This document shows, one piece after another, positions 1 through 8,134 of a DNA stretch of 24,000 nucleotides (position 1 is the stretch's first letter; each line of letters begins with the position of its first letter). Source of the DNA: Candidatus Heimdallarchaeota archaeon (GTDB lineage: Archaea > Asgardarchaeota > Heimdallarchaeia > Heimdallarchaeales > Heimdallarchaeaceae); NCBI GenBank assembly GCA_019057375.1, contig DXJF01000114.1:23787-47786 (forward strand). The letters are read 5' to 3'. A program made the position numbers and the translations under genes. The notes below the pieces were generated by a model. That model saw only the letters and a list, made by a program, of their open reading frames with translations, had not been told where the DNA came from and did no database searches.

Positions 1-65
1 TTATCTTTTACCAGATAAACCCCTGGCTCAACAGGGATTTCTTCAAGATCAGAAAAAAGACTCAT
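1..65 (-). CDS. uvrC: UvrC (excinuclease ABC subunit C), first 21 codons only; the gene continues past the left edge
   Basis: The ATG at 65..63 overlaps the uvrB stop (ATGA at 62-65). The translation MSLFSDLEEIPVEPGVYLVKD matches the start of the UvrC GIY-YIG domain (P-x-x-PGVY-h-x-x-D). It lies directly downstream of uvrB. Confidence 0.6.
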   Translation of the reverse strand, partial: MSLFSDLEEIPVEPGVYLVKD

Positions 66-2038
66 CTAGTTTCCACCATTTTCTCAAGTTCTTTAATTTT
101 ATCACGATAAAGTGCAGCTTTTTCAAAATCTAAAGCTCCTGCTGCTTCAGCCATTTTTTCCTTCAAATCATCAATTACATAAAGAATATCTTGACTGGTA
201 AAATCATCTGGAACTTCTATTTTCTCCTCCTCTTTAGGATCAATTTGCATCAATGTCTCAACGATAGATCTTATTTCTTTACGAATTGTTGTAGGTGTGA
301 TACCATGTTTTTCATTATATTCTTGTTGAATCCTTCTTCTTCTATTATTCTCTGTTATAGCTTCTTTCATTGAATCTGTAAGATTATCAGCAAATAAAAT
401 AACACTGCCGTGAACATTTCTACTAGCTCGACCCATAAGTTGGATTAACGAACCTTTAGATCTTAGAAATCCTTCTTTATCTGCATCAAGTATTGCAATC
501 AGAGCTACTTCTGGAAGATCCAATCCTTCTCTTAGAAGGTTTATTCCGACAACTACATCATATTTTCCTAATCTAAGATCTCTTAATATCTCGATTCGAT
601 CTAAAGTGTCTACCTCATGATGTAAATATACTGACTTTATTTTCATTTCCAGAAGATAGTCAGATAGCATCTCTGCACTCTTTTTAGTTATTGTTGTAAC
701 CAAGACTCTTTCTCCCTTACTTACTCTTTGGTTTATCTCGCTTACAAGACCAGTTATTTGTCCATCAGTTCCTCTTACTTCTATCTTTGGATCTACAAGA
801 CCAGTTGGACGAATAATCTGTTCTACAATCTGCTCAGATACATCATATTCATAATTTCGAGGAGTGGCACTTGTGAAAACAACGTTGTGCATATATTTCT
901 CCGTTTCTTCGAATCTGAAAGGACGATTATCAAATGCAGAAGGAAGTCTGAAACCATGCTCAATTAGATTCTTCTTTCTTGAGTAATCTCCACCATACAT
1001 TCCACGAAGTTGAGGGATAGTTAAATGTGATTCATCAATGATAAACAAGAAATCTTCGGGGAAGTGGTCAAGCAAAGCAAAGGGTTTTTCACCAGGTTTT
1101 CTTCTATCAAAATGACGGGAGTAGTTTTCTATTCCAGAGCAGCCACCTGTTTCTCTTAATAACTCCAAATCATATAGTGTCTTCTGCCTCAATCGATGTC
1201 TCTCTACTACTTTGTCATCCTTTTCAAACTCAGCCAAACGCATATCTAATTCCATCTTTATGTCTTCAAGAGCTGATTCAAAGAAAGCATCATTTGCAAG
1301 GTATTGGGTTCCCGGATAAATTAACATTGCTTCATATTCTTTCATCATTTCTCCTGTAACTGAATGTCTAGAAGTTAAACGTTCTATCTCGTCTCCAAAG
1401 AACTCAATACGATAAGCATAATCGCTATATAATGGAAAAATATCAATAGAATCACCTCTAACTCTGAAAGTTTTACGATCCAGAATCACATCATTCCTTT
1501 CGTATTGGTTTTTGACTAATTCTAACATCAAATCCTGTCTATCTAAAGTATCACCTACTTTCAAAGCTATTCTTCTAGAACGATATACATCAGGAGGACC
1601 AGTACCATAAATACAAGAAACAGTTGCACAAACAATTACATCGTCACGAGTAGCTAAAGCTTCAAGAGTTGTATGACGTAAACGCTCAATTTCGCGATTT
1701 ATATCAACATCTTTCTCAATGTAAAGATCTTTAGAAGGGAGATAGGCTTCTGGTTGATAGTAATCATAAAAACTGACATAATAGCACACTGCTGCAGAAG
1801 GAAACAAGGTTTTAAATTCACCAAAAAGCTGTGCAACAAGAGTTTTGTTAGGACCCATAATCAAAGTAGGTTTCTTGATTTTATCAATAACAGAAGCCAT
1901 GGTAAAAGTTTTTCCAGAGCCAGTAACACCTAGAAGTGTTTGATGTTTATGCCCTTTGTTTATTCCTTCAATCAATTGAGCTATTGCTTTAGGTTGATCT
2001 CCCTTTGGAGTGAAAGGTGTATCTAAATCTAATGGCAT
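62..2038 (-). CDS. uvrB: UvrB (excinuclease ABC subunit B, helicase)
   Basis: 658-aa ORF with an ATG start. It has the N-terminal PKGDQPKAI motif, Walker A GVTGSGKT, DESH box IIDESHLT, helicase C motifs (VTTITKKSAE, LREGLDLPEV) and a C-terminal UVR domain (ALDFEKAALYRDKIKELE). Confidence 0.97.
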   Translation of the reverse strand: MPLDLDTPFTPKGDQPKAIAQLIEGINKGHKHQTLLGVTGSGKTFTMASVIDKIKKPTLIMGPNKTLVAQLFGEFKTLFPSAAVCYYVSFYDYYQPEAYLPSKDLYIEKDVDINREIERLRHTTLEALATRDDVIVCATVSCIYGTGPPDVYRSRRIALKVGDTLDRQDLMLELVKNQYERNDVILDRKTFRVRGDSIDIFPLYSDYAYRIEFFGDEIERLTSRHSVTGEMMKEYEAMLIYPGTQYLANDAFFESALEDIKMELDMRLAEFEKDDKVVERHRLRQKTLYDLELLRETGGCSGIENYSRHFDRRKPGEKPFALLDHFPEDFLFIIDESHLTIPQLRGMYGGDYSRKKNLIEHGFRLPSAFDNRPFRFEETEKYMHNVVFTSATPRNYEYDVSEQIVEQIIRPTGLVDPKIEVRGTDGQITGLVSEINQRVSKGERVLVTTITKKSAEMLSDYLLEMKIKSVYLHHEVDTLDRIEILRDLRLGKYDVVVGINLLREGLDLPEVALIAILDADKEGFLRSKGSLIQLMGRASRNVHGSVILFADNLTDSMKEAITENNRRRRIQQEYNEKHGITPTTIRKEIRSIVETLMQIDPKEEEKIEVPDDFTSQDILYVIDDLKEKMAEAAGALDFEKAALYRDKIKELEKMVETR

Positions 2039-2245
2039 TCTTGTTTCTCCTATCTTTTAATTGTTAAAAAGTATGTTTATTAGTCAGAAAGATTTCATTT
2101 TAAAAACTAGGAAAAAGAGAAACTAACTTTTACATTCTGAATTTTTATCTGGATCAAGTTATGTAAGTTTTATTCTAACAAGCAGTACAAATGTATCAGC
2201 CGTGTAATACAACATATAAAGAAGTGAAATCTTGATTCTCAGTAT

Positions 2246-2455
2246 ATGGAATTCAGAAATTATTTTGATGTTCCACGTGAAGAAATCGATGAAAAAGGTG
2301 TTATGAGTTACCTTGAGAGTCTTTATAGGAAAATCGGAGCTCCAAAGGGAAGGATAAGGGCTTGGTACTCTTTACCTCACGAGGATAAAGGGATAAAAAG
2401 AATTTGCGTCTTTTATTCTGTTGATGAAATTCAAGAGAAGCAAGCAGTTAGATAA
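2246..2455 (+). CDS. Hypothetical small protein (69 aa)
   Basis: ATG-initiated ORF in an otherwise empty intergenic region. Amino-acid composition is balanced, not low-complexity. No motif recognised. Confidence 0.4.
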   Translation: MEFRNYFDVPREEIDEKGVMSYLESLYRKIGAPKGRIRAWYSLPHEDKGIKRICVFYSVDEIQEKQAVR

Positions 2456-2540
2456 TATCAGTTCTTTCATACAATGTGCAAAGGGCACAAATAGCAATTT
2501 TGTCGGTCTTAAATACTGAAATATTTATTTTAAAACAAGT

Positions 2541-2801
2541 ATGGTTTCAACTATTAGTACAAAACAACTCGTTTTAGATGAGTTAAAGTTTATACTACCT
2601 CATCAAAAAAGAGCTCTTCTTCTGTTAGAATCGGATATTATTAGGGAAAGAATGAAGGGATATGCATTGCTAACTACATGTTTCCAGATGAGTTCTCGTG
2701 ATATTCAAAACCATATTCGTAATAGATGGAAAGAGGAAAAAGATTTGAAAGATATAAAAAAAGCATTTATCGAGTATTGTGAACAAACATTTCAAAGATA
2801 G
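2541..2801 (+). CDS. Hypothetical small protein (86 aa)
   Basis: ATG-initiated ORF with helical-looking, charged composition. It is convergent with the HEAT-repeat gene. No motif recognised. Confidence 0.4.
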   Translation: MVSTISTKQLVLDELKFILPHQKRALLLLESDIIRERMKGYALLTTCFQMSSRDIQNHIRNRWKEEKDLKDIKKAFIEYCEQTFQR

Positions 2802-2806
2802 ATGCA

Positions 2807-3580
2807 TCAGTTGTTTTCTTCTTGCAAGGGAAAGTAAACAGGAAATATAAGACGAGCAAAATTTTGGTACATTTCAACACTATAATCTTTCTGTTCGATT
2901 AATCCTTCCAGTTTTACGATTTCAGATTCAGTATAACCTCTCATATCTGGAAATTCACTTTGGTTACCATAATCCATAATTTTGCAAATTATTTCACCGA
3001 CTTGCTCTAATTCTAGATATGATTCGATTAGGATATGAATGTGGGGAGTTAGTTTATCTGATTGCTCTTCCTCTTTAACTGAATCAGCTATTCTTACTGC
3101 AGAAAGGATTGCAGCTCTTCTTGTAATGTAGTCCTTTGCATAAACTACATTCTTCAATGGATAAAGAACGTCTGCATCATCTAAGTAACCTATCGCCCTA
3201 ATTGCTGCATACTGAAGGTCATAATCACTTTCTTCTAGTATTTTTACCAAATAAGGTTTGGACGCATAATCCTTTAAATGACCTAAAACTTCCAAAGTGG
3301 ATAGTTTAATCGCCAATGAACTTTGTTCTATAAGATCATGAAGAAAGCTTAAGATTTTCTCTTTAAGCTCTGGAAATTTTGAAGCATATTCAACTAGGGT
3401 TGAAGCTGCGGCATTTCTTACATTCCAGTCAGAATCTTCTATTAGTGGATAAACTTTGTTGATTCTCTTTGCTTTACCATTCTTCTGTAAGAATAAAGCA
3501 AAATTAGCTCGATCTAGGGGATCGTCGCTTTTTTGTTTTCTACCTATGAATAAACCTCTAAAGAAATCTACTAAACTCAT
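2807..3580 (-). CDS. HEAT-repeat (PBS-lyase-type HEAT) protein, last gene of the five-gene operon
   Basis: It has three or more HEAT_PBS-like repeats: LIEDSDWNVRNAAASTLVE, ILEESDYDLQYAAIRAIGYLDD, VVYAKDYITRRAAILSAVRI. Its ATG (3580..3578) overlaps the upstream stop as ATGA, which indicates translational coupling. Confidence 0.8.
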   Translation of the reverse strand: MSLVDFFRGLFIGRKQKSDDPLDRANFALFLQKNGKAKRINKVYPLIEDSDWNVRNAAASTLVEYASKFPELKEKILSFLHDLIEQSSLAIKLSTLEVLGHLKDYASKPYLVKILEESDYDLQYAAIRAIGYLDDADVLYPLKNVVYAKDYITRRAAILSAVRIADSVKEEEQSDKLTPHIHILIESYLELEQVGEIICKIMDYGNQSEFPDMRGYTESEIVKLEGLIEQKDYSVEMYQNFARLIFPVYFPLQEENN

Positions 3581-5181
3581 AATTCAAACAACCCCTCTTT
3601 AATGAGATAACTTATAGCTCCTCTTTGTGGTTGAGTTAGCTTTCTAAGAAATGTATAATCTATTTTTCTAACTTCAAACCTTTCTTCCTTTTCTTCATCT
3701 AAATCAAACTTGTAAGCATCCTTCCTTTTTGTAACTTGAACAGCTCTTGTAACTACAGGAAGGTTATATGGCGATAAAGATTTGTACTTTGCTTTATGAA
3801 CTGCAAATAAGGTTGCAACATGAATTCCCCCTATTTTCTTGAAAACGATAATATCCGCAAAAGCTGGAAGGATTGTTTTGAAATCGTCTCTATACAAAGC
3901 CATATGATTATGTAAAATGACTAACTGATCAATTCCTACACCGTACTCGTTGGCTTCAAACACATATACCTTCTTATCATCTACTTTTACATATCCTTTT
4001 GAGGAAATTCTAGGATTATCATCAAGTAGTTGCCCAAAGGTGGAATATTTTCTTCTAAACACCTTACTTACGTATTCTTCAATTTGTCTCCACCCATATG
4101 CATAAACAGACCAAATATCAGTCCATCTGCTTCTGGATGAGTGCCAATGTTCAACTACAAACTCAGAGTGAGCGTTTTTGTTAACAGCTTGTAAATCCTT
4201 AATCTCATTCCATGAAAACTCTTCAAGGAATTCTAAATCAGACTTAAATGAGAAAAGCTTCTGAAATACTGTTTCCTCATCACTGTACTTTGCAACTAGT
4301 TTATTCATCGCAGCAAGACTAAATTCACCTATAGGAGGTGCAAGGAAAGCTTTCAATTCTTTAGGATAGATAATTGTTTTATCTTCGTGTCTTTTTGGAA
4401 GCTTATACTCATCTTTCTCTAGTAAATAATTAATTGCTTTTTTCTGAATGTAATGTGCAAAGCCCTCACCTATAAGTTCATGGAGATTCTTTTTTCTTGC
4501 AACCTTAGCCCTTTCATTTATCAGATTAACTGCTTCTATTGAAAAATTATTGAAAAGAGTATATTTCCGAGCATCTTCTGGGGGAGTATAGAAATCTTCT
4601 ACTCCTGCTTCTGTAAATAATCGAATTACACCTATCAAATCTTGGAAGTATTGCCAAGCCCAAACATGTTTATTTTGTGAAGCCTTGTTCAATTGAAATA
4701 CATTGTTTGTCATTAGTTCTTTTAGAACTAAATCTAATTGGTATAATTGTGCTAAAATTCCTGGTGAGTTAGACTCAGTTTTTTCATTCATATAAGCATG
4801 AGCAAATGCATGTATCAACATAACTCTTAGAGTTAATTCTTGTTCTTTAGTAAGTTCTTTTGGAGGAACAGAAAGATAAACAAGAGTTGGTAAAGAGTTA
4901 TAGACAGTTTCCTTTCCAGTTGGAAGGAAATCACTAATCCTAGCTGACCGAAGGTTTGTAATTTGTTCAGAAGTGAGTATAGCTTGTGGAGTTCCTGTTA
5001 CCTCTACAACTCTATTAACAGAAATATGCATCTCAGGATTAATGAAAATTAATATTCTATAATTCTCAGGTGTTGCTCCAATAAGAGTTTTAAAGTCAAC
5101 TCTTGCATTGTTGTAAACTTGGATTACGTCACTAAGTTCTTCTTTAAGCATGAAATATACTCTCCCGTAGTATTTGCTCAC
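3577..5181 (-). CDS. Hypothetical 534-aa protein; possibly a catalytically inactive zincin (peptidase-MA-like) fold
   Basis: Long ORF with a GTG start at 5181; an alternative ATG lies at 5151. HAFAH (nt 4798-4812) plus the downstream EGFAHY (nt 4450-4467) resembles the HExxH ... EGxAxY gluzincin signature with the catalytic Glu replaced by Ala. The N-terminal 25 aa are paralogous to the N-terminus of the upstream VWA protein, which supports the GTG start. Confidence 0.75.
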   Translation of the reverse strand: MSKYYGRVYFMLKEELSDVIQVYNNARVDFKTLIGATPENYRILIFINPEMHISVNRVVEVTGTPQAILTSEQITNLRSARISDFLPTGKETVYNSLPTLVYLSVPPKELTKEQELTLRVMLIHAFAHAYMNEKTESNSPGILAQLYQLDLVLKELMTNNVFQLNKASQNKHVWAWQYFQDLIGVIRLFTEAGVEDFYTPPEDARKYTLFNNFSIEAVNLINERAKVARKKNLHELIGEGFAHYIQKKAINYLLEKDEYKLPKRHEDKTIIYPKELKAFLAPPIGEFSLAAMNKLVAKYSDEETVFQKLFSFKSDLEFLEEFSWNEIKDLQAVNKNAHSEFVVEHWHSSRSRWTDIWSVYAYGWRQIEEYVSKVFRRKYSTFGQLLDDNPRISSKGYVKVDDKKVYVFEANEYGVGIDQLVILHNHMALYRDDFKTILPAFADIIVFKKIGGIHVATLFAVHKAKYKSLSPYNLPVVTRAVQVTKRKDAYKFDLDEEKEERFEVRKIDYTFLRKLTQPQRGAISYLIKEGLFEL

Positions 5182-6529
5182 CCAAATTCTTTATTTGAGC
5201 AGGATCTATTAAGATGGGTTTGGTAATACCTTTGAGCATTCTTTTTGTATGGATATAGATCTCTTTGTTCCTTAGAGCCTCAGTTCCCATTAAGAAGTAA
5301 GAAATGTTCCAATTCCTAGAACGATCAGCCTTTAAAGAGCTGAATATTGCATTTAATTGTTGCAAACATTCTCGTGTATCTGCATTTGTTTTTGTTTCAA
5401 CCTCATCGAAGTATTTCTTAAGTTCTTGACTTTTTTTGAAACTAAATGGATAGACAGGAACATTAGGCATACCATCTGTTACTATAGTAAATTGAACATC
5501 AATATCTTTGTCTGTATACTGTTTCTTTGCGTGTTCAATAGCTTTTAGAATGCTCTGAACCATGTGTGTCTTTCCTCGTGCTTCAGCAGTGAGAAGAAGT
5601 TGTTCCATTTTCTTATCATCATCAACTACAAGGGGGTTTTTAATTATAGGAACAACAGCTAGCTTAAACATATCAAATCGCTTTCTTTTTCTTCTATTAA
5701 TCATTTTGAAATAATAATAGAGACTAAGACTTGTTAAAAGAGCTCCATCCAATCTAGACATTTTTCCTTCAAACACGGTTTTTCTCATGGATTGACTCAT
5801 ATCAACTATCAGATAAACTAAGGAACGACGATCCTTCTTTATCCTCATAATATCTTCTTGTTTGACTTCTGTTGGAGGGATAGCTTGAGAACTAAGAATA
5901 GCACTCTTGTAGGTCTCTTTCAAACGAATTGTACCATGTGGTCTTTTTTGAACTTCATCAATAGGTGCAACAGAAATCTGTTTTATTAGATATCTACCTA
6001 AAATCTTTCCAAGGAGATCCATAACACTTTCTCGAGAAATTCTTTTCTTCCTACCAAATGCGTCAGTAATTTCTATATCCACTATTTCAGTTAATTGACT
6101 TAATTTCTCTGCTAATTGTTGAAGATCTACAGTTCCTTCTTGTTTAAGTTCTTTCAAAAGATCTTGAATATATTTGAGAATTTCCTCAACAGTCTGTAAC
6201 TCGTTTCGGTTAACTCTCTCCAGAACATCGGGTAAAATTCGTTCTCCAATGAATCGAAGGAGTTTCATTTCATTAACCAAACGTTCTTCTTCTTCAGATA
6301 TTAGAAAAGTGTTCATGATTTTCTGAACAATATTGTCTACGGCAACAGCATTTTTCGCTGCAATAGATAAGACTGCACCTTCACGAGAACTTCTTCCAAG
6401 ATGCGGATTCCTCCATAAGCGTAGTACTTGTGCTGCATCCTCGAATTCTAATACAAATTCTTGATTAGAATAATGCTGCAAGGGATCAGCAAATTCTGCT
6501 TCTGTTACGAAATATATTCGATGGGGCAT
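5144..6529 (-). CDS. von Willebrand factor A (VWA) domain protein with an intact MIDAS motif
   Basis: The C-terminal half has LVYLIVDMSQSM (DxSxS MIDAS, nt 5789-5803) and FTIVTDGMPN (the TDG motif of VWA). The N-terminal ~230 aa are helical and unassigned. It lies immediately downstream of a MoxR-like ATPase, the classic AAA+/VWA pairing. Confidence 0.85.
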   Translation of the reverse strand: MPHRIYFVTEAEFADPLQHYSNQEFVLEFEDAAQVLRLWRNPHLGRSSREGAVLSIAAKNAVAVDNIVQKIMNTFLISEEEERLVNEMKLLRFIGERILPDVLERVNRNELQTVEEILKYIQDLLKELKQEGTVDLQQLAEKLSQLTEIVDIEITDAFGRKKRISRESVMDLLGKILGRYLIKQISVAPIDEVQKRPHGTIRLKETYKSAILSSQAIPPTEVKQEDIMRIKKDRRSLVYLIVDMSQSMRKTVFEGKMSRLDGALLTSLSLYYYFKMINRRKRKRFDMFKLAVVPIIKNPLVVDDDKKMEQLLLTAEARGKTHMVQSILKAIEHAKKQYTDKDIDVQFTIVTDGMPNVPVYPFSFKKSQELKKYFDEVETKTNADTRECLQQLNAIFSSLKADRSRNWNISYFLMGTEALRNKEIYIHTKRMLKGITKPILIDPAQIKNLGEQILRESIFHA

Positions 6530-6566
6530 TTTATCATCTCTAAAAGTTACTAGGAGAGTTTTAAGA

Positions 6567-8117
6567 TTAGATATAATCTACTCTGAGTAACAGTTCATAT
6601 GATGGTTTTAGTTTTTCTACGACTTGCTTTCGAATGTTTTCTTTGTATTTGTCTAAACCTTCAAATTTCACTACAAGTTCAGCTAATTCGGCATCGCTTA
6701 ATGCTTTCATTTTAGATATATCTTCGGATATATCTTGAACACTAATTGATACGTCGGATTCTTTGATAGATGTACGTAAAACAATCTTAAGTTGTTGTAG
6801 TGCATCATTAATCATTGAAACTGGAATATCATAAGCATTCATTGTATTTCTTATTCTTTCCAATGTAATGACGTTAATATCAGTTATTTCATCTTCTCTT
6901 GCTTGAAGTAATACTGTTTCCCCAATGATGTTATTCATTGTACGAAGATCAATATGTGGATTTCTTTGAGGGTCATGAATTTCATCTAAACCAGTATAGA
7001 AATCAGTTCTAGCCATTCTACTCTCAGAACGAACACCTTTTGTTTTGAGATTATCAGGTAGTGAATTGTTACCTAAGAAAGCTAGAAAATCAACTGCTAA
7101 TCGACTTACGAAATCAGTTGTTTCTTTTTCTAATTCATGTAGTTGAATAATAGAGGGGTTAGCAGTAATTTTTCTTCGAGAAAGAACAATTTGTTCATCA
7201 AACATATCTTTAATGATTTGTTCTCTGCTTTCCACAGAACGAGCGGGCCAGAGAACTTCAGGAATACGATTAATGATTGGTTGACTTTCTTCTCCAAATA
7301 CTGTTAAAGGAGCATTCGAGGTGAAAAGAACTGCGCCATCAATATAAACTGGCTCGCCTTGAATATTGTATTTGATAACCATTGGCTCCTCAAGAAAACC
7401 CATCAAAGATTCTAGCAGGCTTAATGGAAGCCTTTGTATTTCATTAACTACAATGAAACCATGTGATAATATTCCTACTTTGTGTGAAGTTGCCGCATAT
7501 GTAGTTGAGGTTTCTTTTCCAAACAATTCTTCTAAATTCTCAACACCAGCAAGAAGCATGGATAAGCTTTCAGGATCGGTTCTTGGATCTAGTTGGGATC
7601 TTCTAACTATAGTTTTAGTAGCTCCAAGTTTTCCTAAACGACTAACTACTTCCTTTGGAGGAATGGCTAACATACTATTTGTATTATCTAAATCGACGGT
7701 GTTGTTATCTGTTGAAAGTATGGCTTCAATATTCTTTCTACAATATGGACAGAGAGATTGCATAACACGAATTCCAGCAAAGGGATTTGCTGGGAAATTG
7801 TTCATTACATCCACTATATATCCAGCATCCTCTAAGAATGGACATCCTTCAATATGGTATTTGGAATTATTAATTTCTCTAACAACATGATCTAGCAAAA
7901 TTCTAGCAAACAATGATTTAGCTTCTCCTGTTGGACCAGTAAGTAGAACTTTTCCACCTACAGCTAGTTTATCCATTACCAGATTTTTACCAACATCATT
8001 TCCTCTAACGCTGACGTCTTTTGAAACTCTTTCACGGAATTCAGGATTCATAAGGATTGATCTAACAGAAAATCCATCATAACCATCCTTCATTAATTTC
8101 TGTATTGTGAGTGTCAT
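6567..8117 (-). CDS. MoxR/ChlI-like AAA+ ATPase with a Zn-ribbon insertion
   Basis: Walker A-like LLTGPTGEAKS (nt 7914-7937). Walker B region GFIVVNEIQRLPLSLLESLMGFLEEP is comparable to MoxR hhhhDEINRa...LLeaMeE. Sensor-1 is LFTSNAP. H88/C92/C123/C126 (YHIEGCPF ... SLCPYCRK) are inserted between Walker A and Walker B. Confidence 0.85.
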   Translation of the reverse strand: MTLTIQKLMKDGYDGFSVRSILMNPEFRERVSKDVSVRGNDVGKNLVMDKLAVGGKVLLTGPTGEAKSLFARILLDHVVREINNSKYHIEGCPFLEDAGYIVDVMNNFPANPFAGIRVMQSLCPYCRKNIEAILSTDNNTVDLDNTNSMLAIPPKEVVSRLGKLGATKTIVRRSQLDPRTDPESLSMLLAGVENLEELFGKETSTTYAATSHKVGILSHGFIVVNEIQRLPLSLLESLMGFLEEPMVIKYNIQGEPVYIDGAVLFTSNAPLTVFGEESQPIINRIPEVLWPARSVESREQIIKDMFDEQIVLSRRKITANPSIIQLHELEKETTDFVSRLAVDFLAFLGNNSLPDNLKTKGVRSESRMARTDFYTGLDEIHDPQRNPHIDLRTMNNIIGETVLLQAREDEITDINVITLERIRNTMNAYDIPVSMINDALQQLKIVLRTSIKESDVSISVQDISEDISKMKALSDAELAELVVKFEGLDKYKENIRKQVVEKLKPSYELLLRVDYI

Positions 8118-8134
8118 GAGCTTTACCTTTTTTA

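Noticed and set aside
191-1359. Three 60-79 aa plus-strand ORFs (191-373, 728-967, 1177-1359)
   Set aside because: All are antisense within uvrB, are low-complexity F/L/I/S-rich, and are explained by AT-rich antisense frames being open.
2475-2489. Small hairpin tgtgc-aaagg-gcaca after the 69-aa ORF
   Set aside because: It has a 5-bp stem with no following T-run, so evidence for a terminator or regulatory role is insufficient.
4798-4812. Calling the 534-aa protein an active metalloprotease
   Set aside because: The motif is HAFAH, not HExxH, so the catalytic glutamate is missing. At most it is a pseudo-protease, and that is speculative.
7366-7890. 174-aa plus-strand ORF
   Set aside because: It lies entirely antisense inside the AAA+ ATPase gene, which has clear Walker and sensor motifs. 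The S/L/T-rich composition is typical of the antisense frame, and no motif was recognised.
5144-8117. Calling the AAA+/VWA pair a Mg- or Co-chelatase (ChlI/ChlD or CobS/CobT)
   Set aside because: No large ChlH/CobN-type subunit is present. The domain sizes and the Zn-ribbon insert do not match, and the operon partners (Arf-like, HEAT) are unrelated to tetrapyrrole metabolism.
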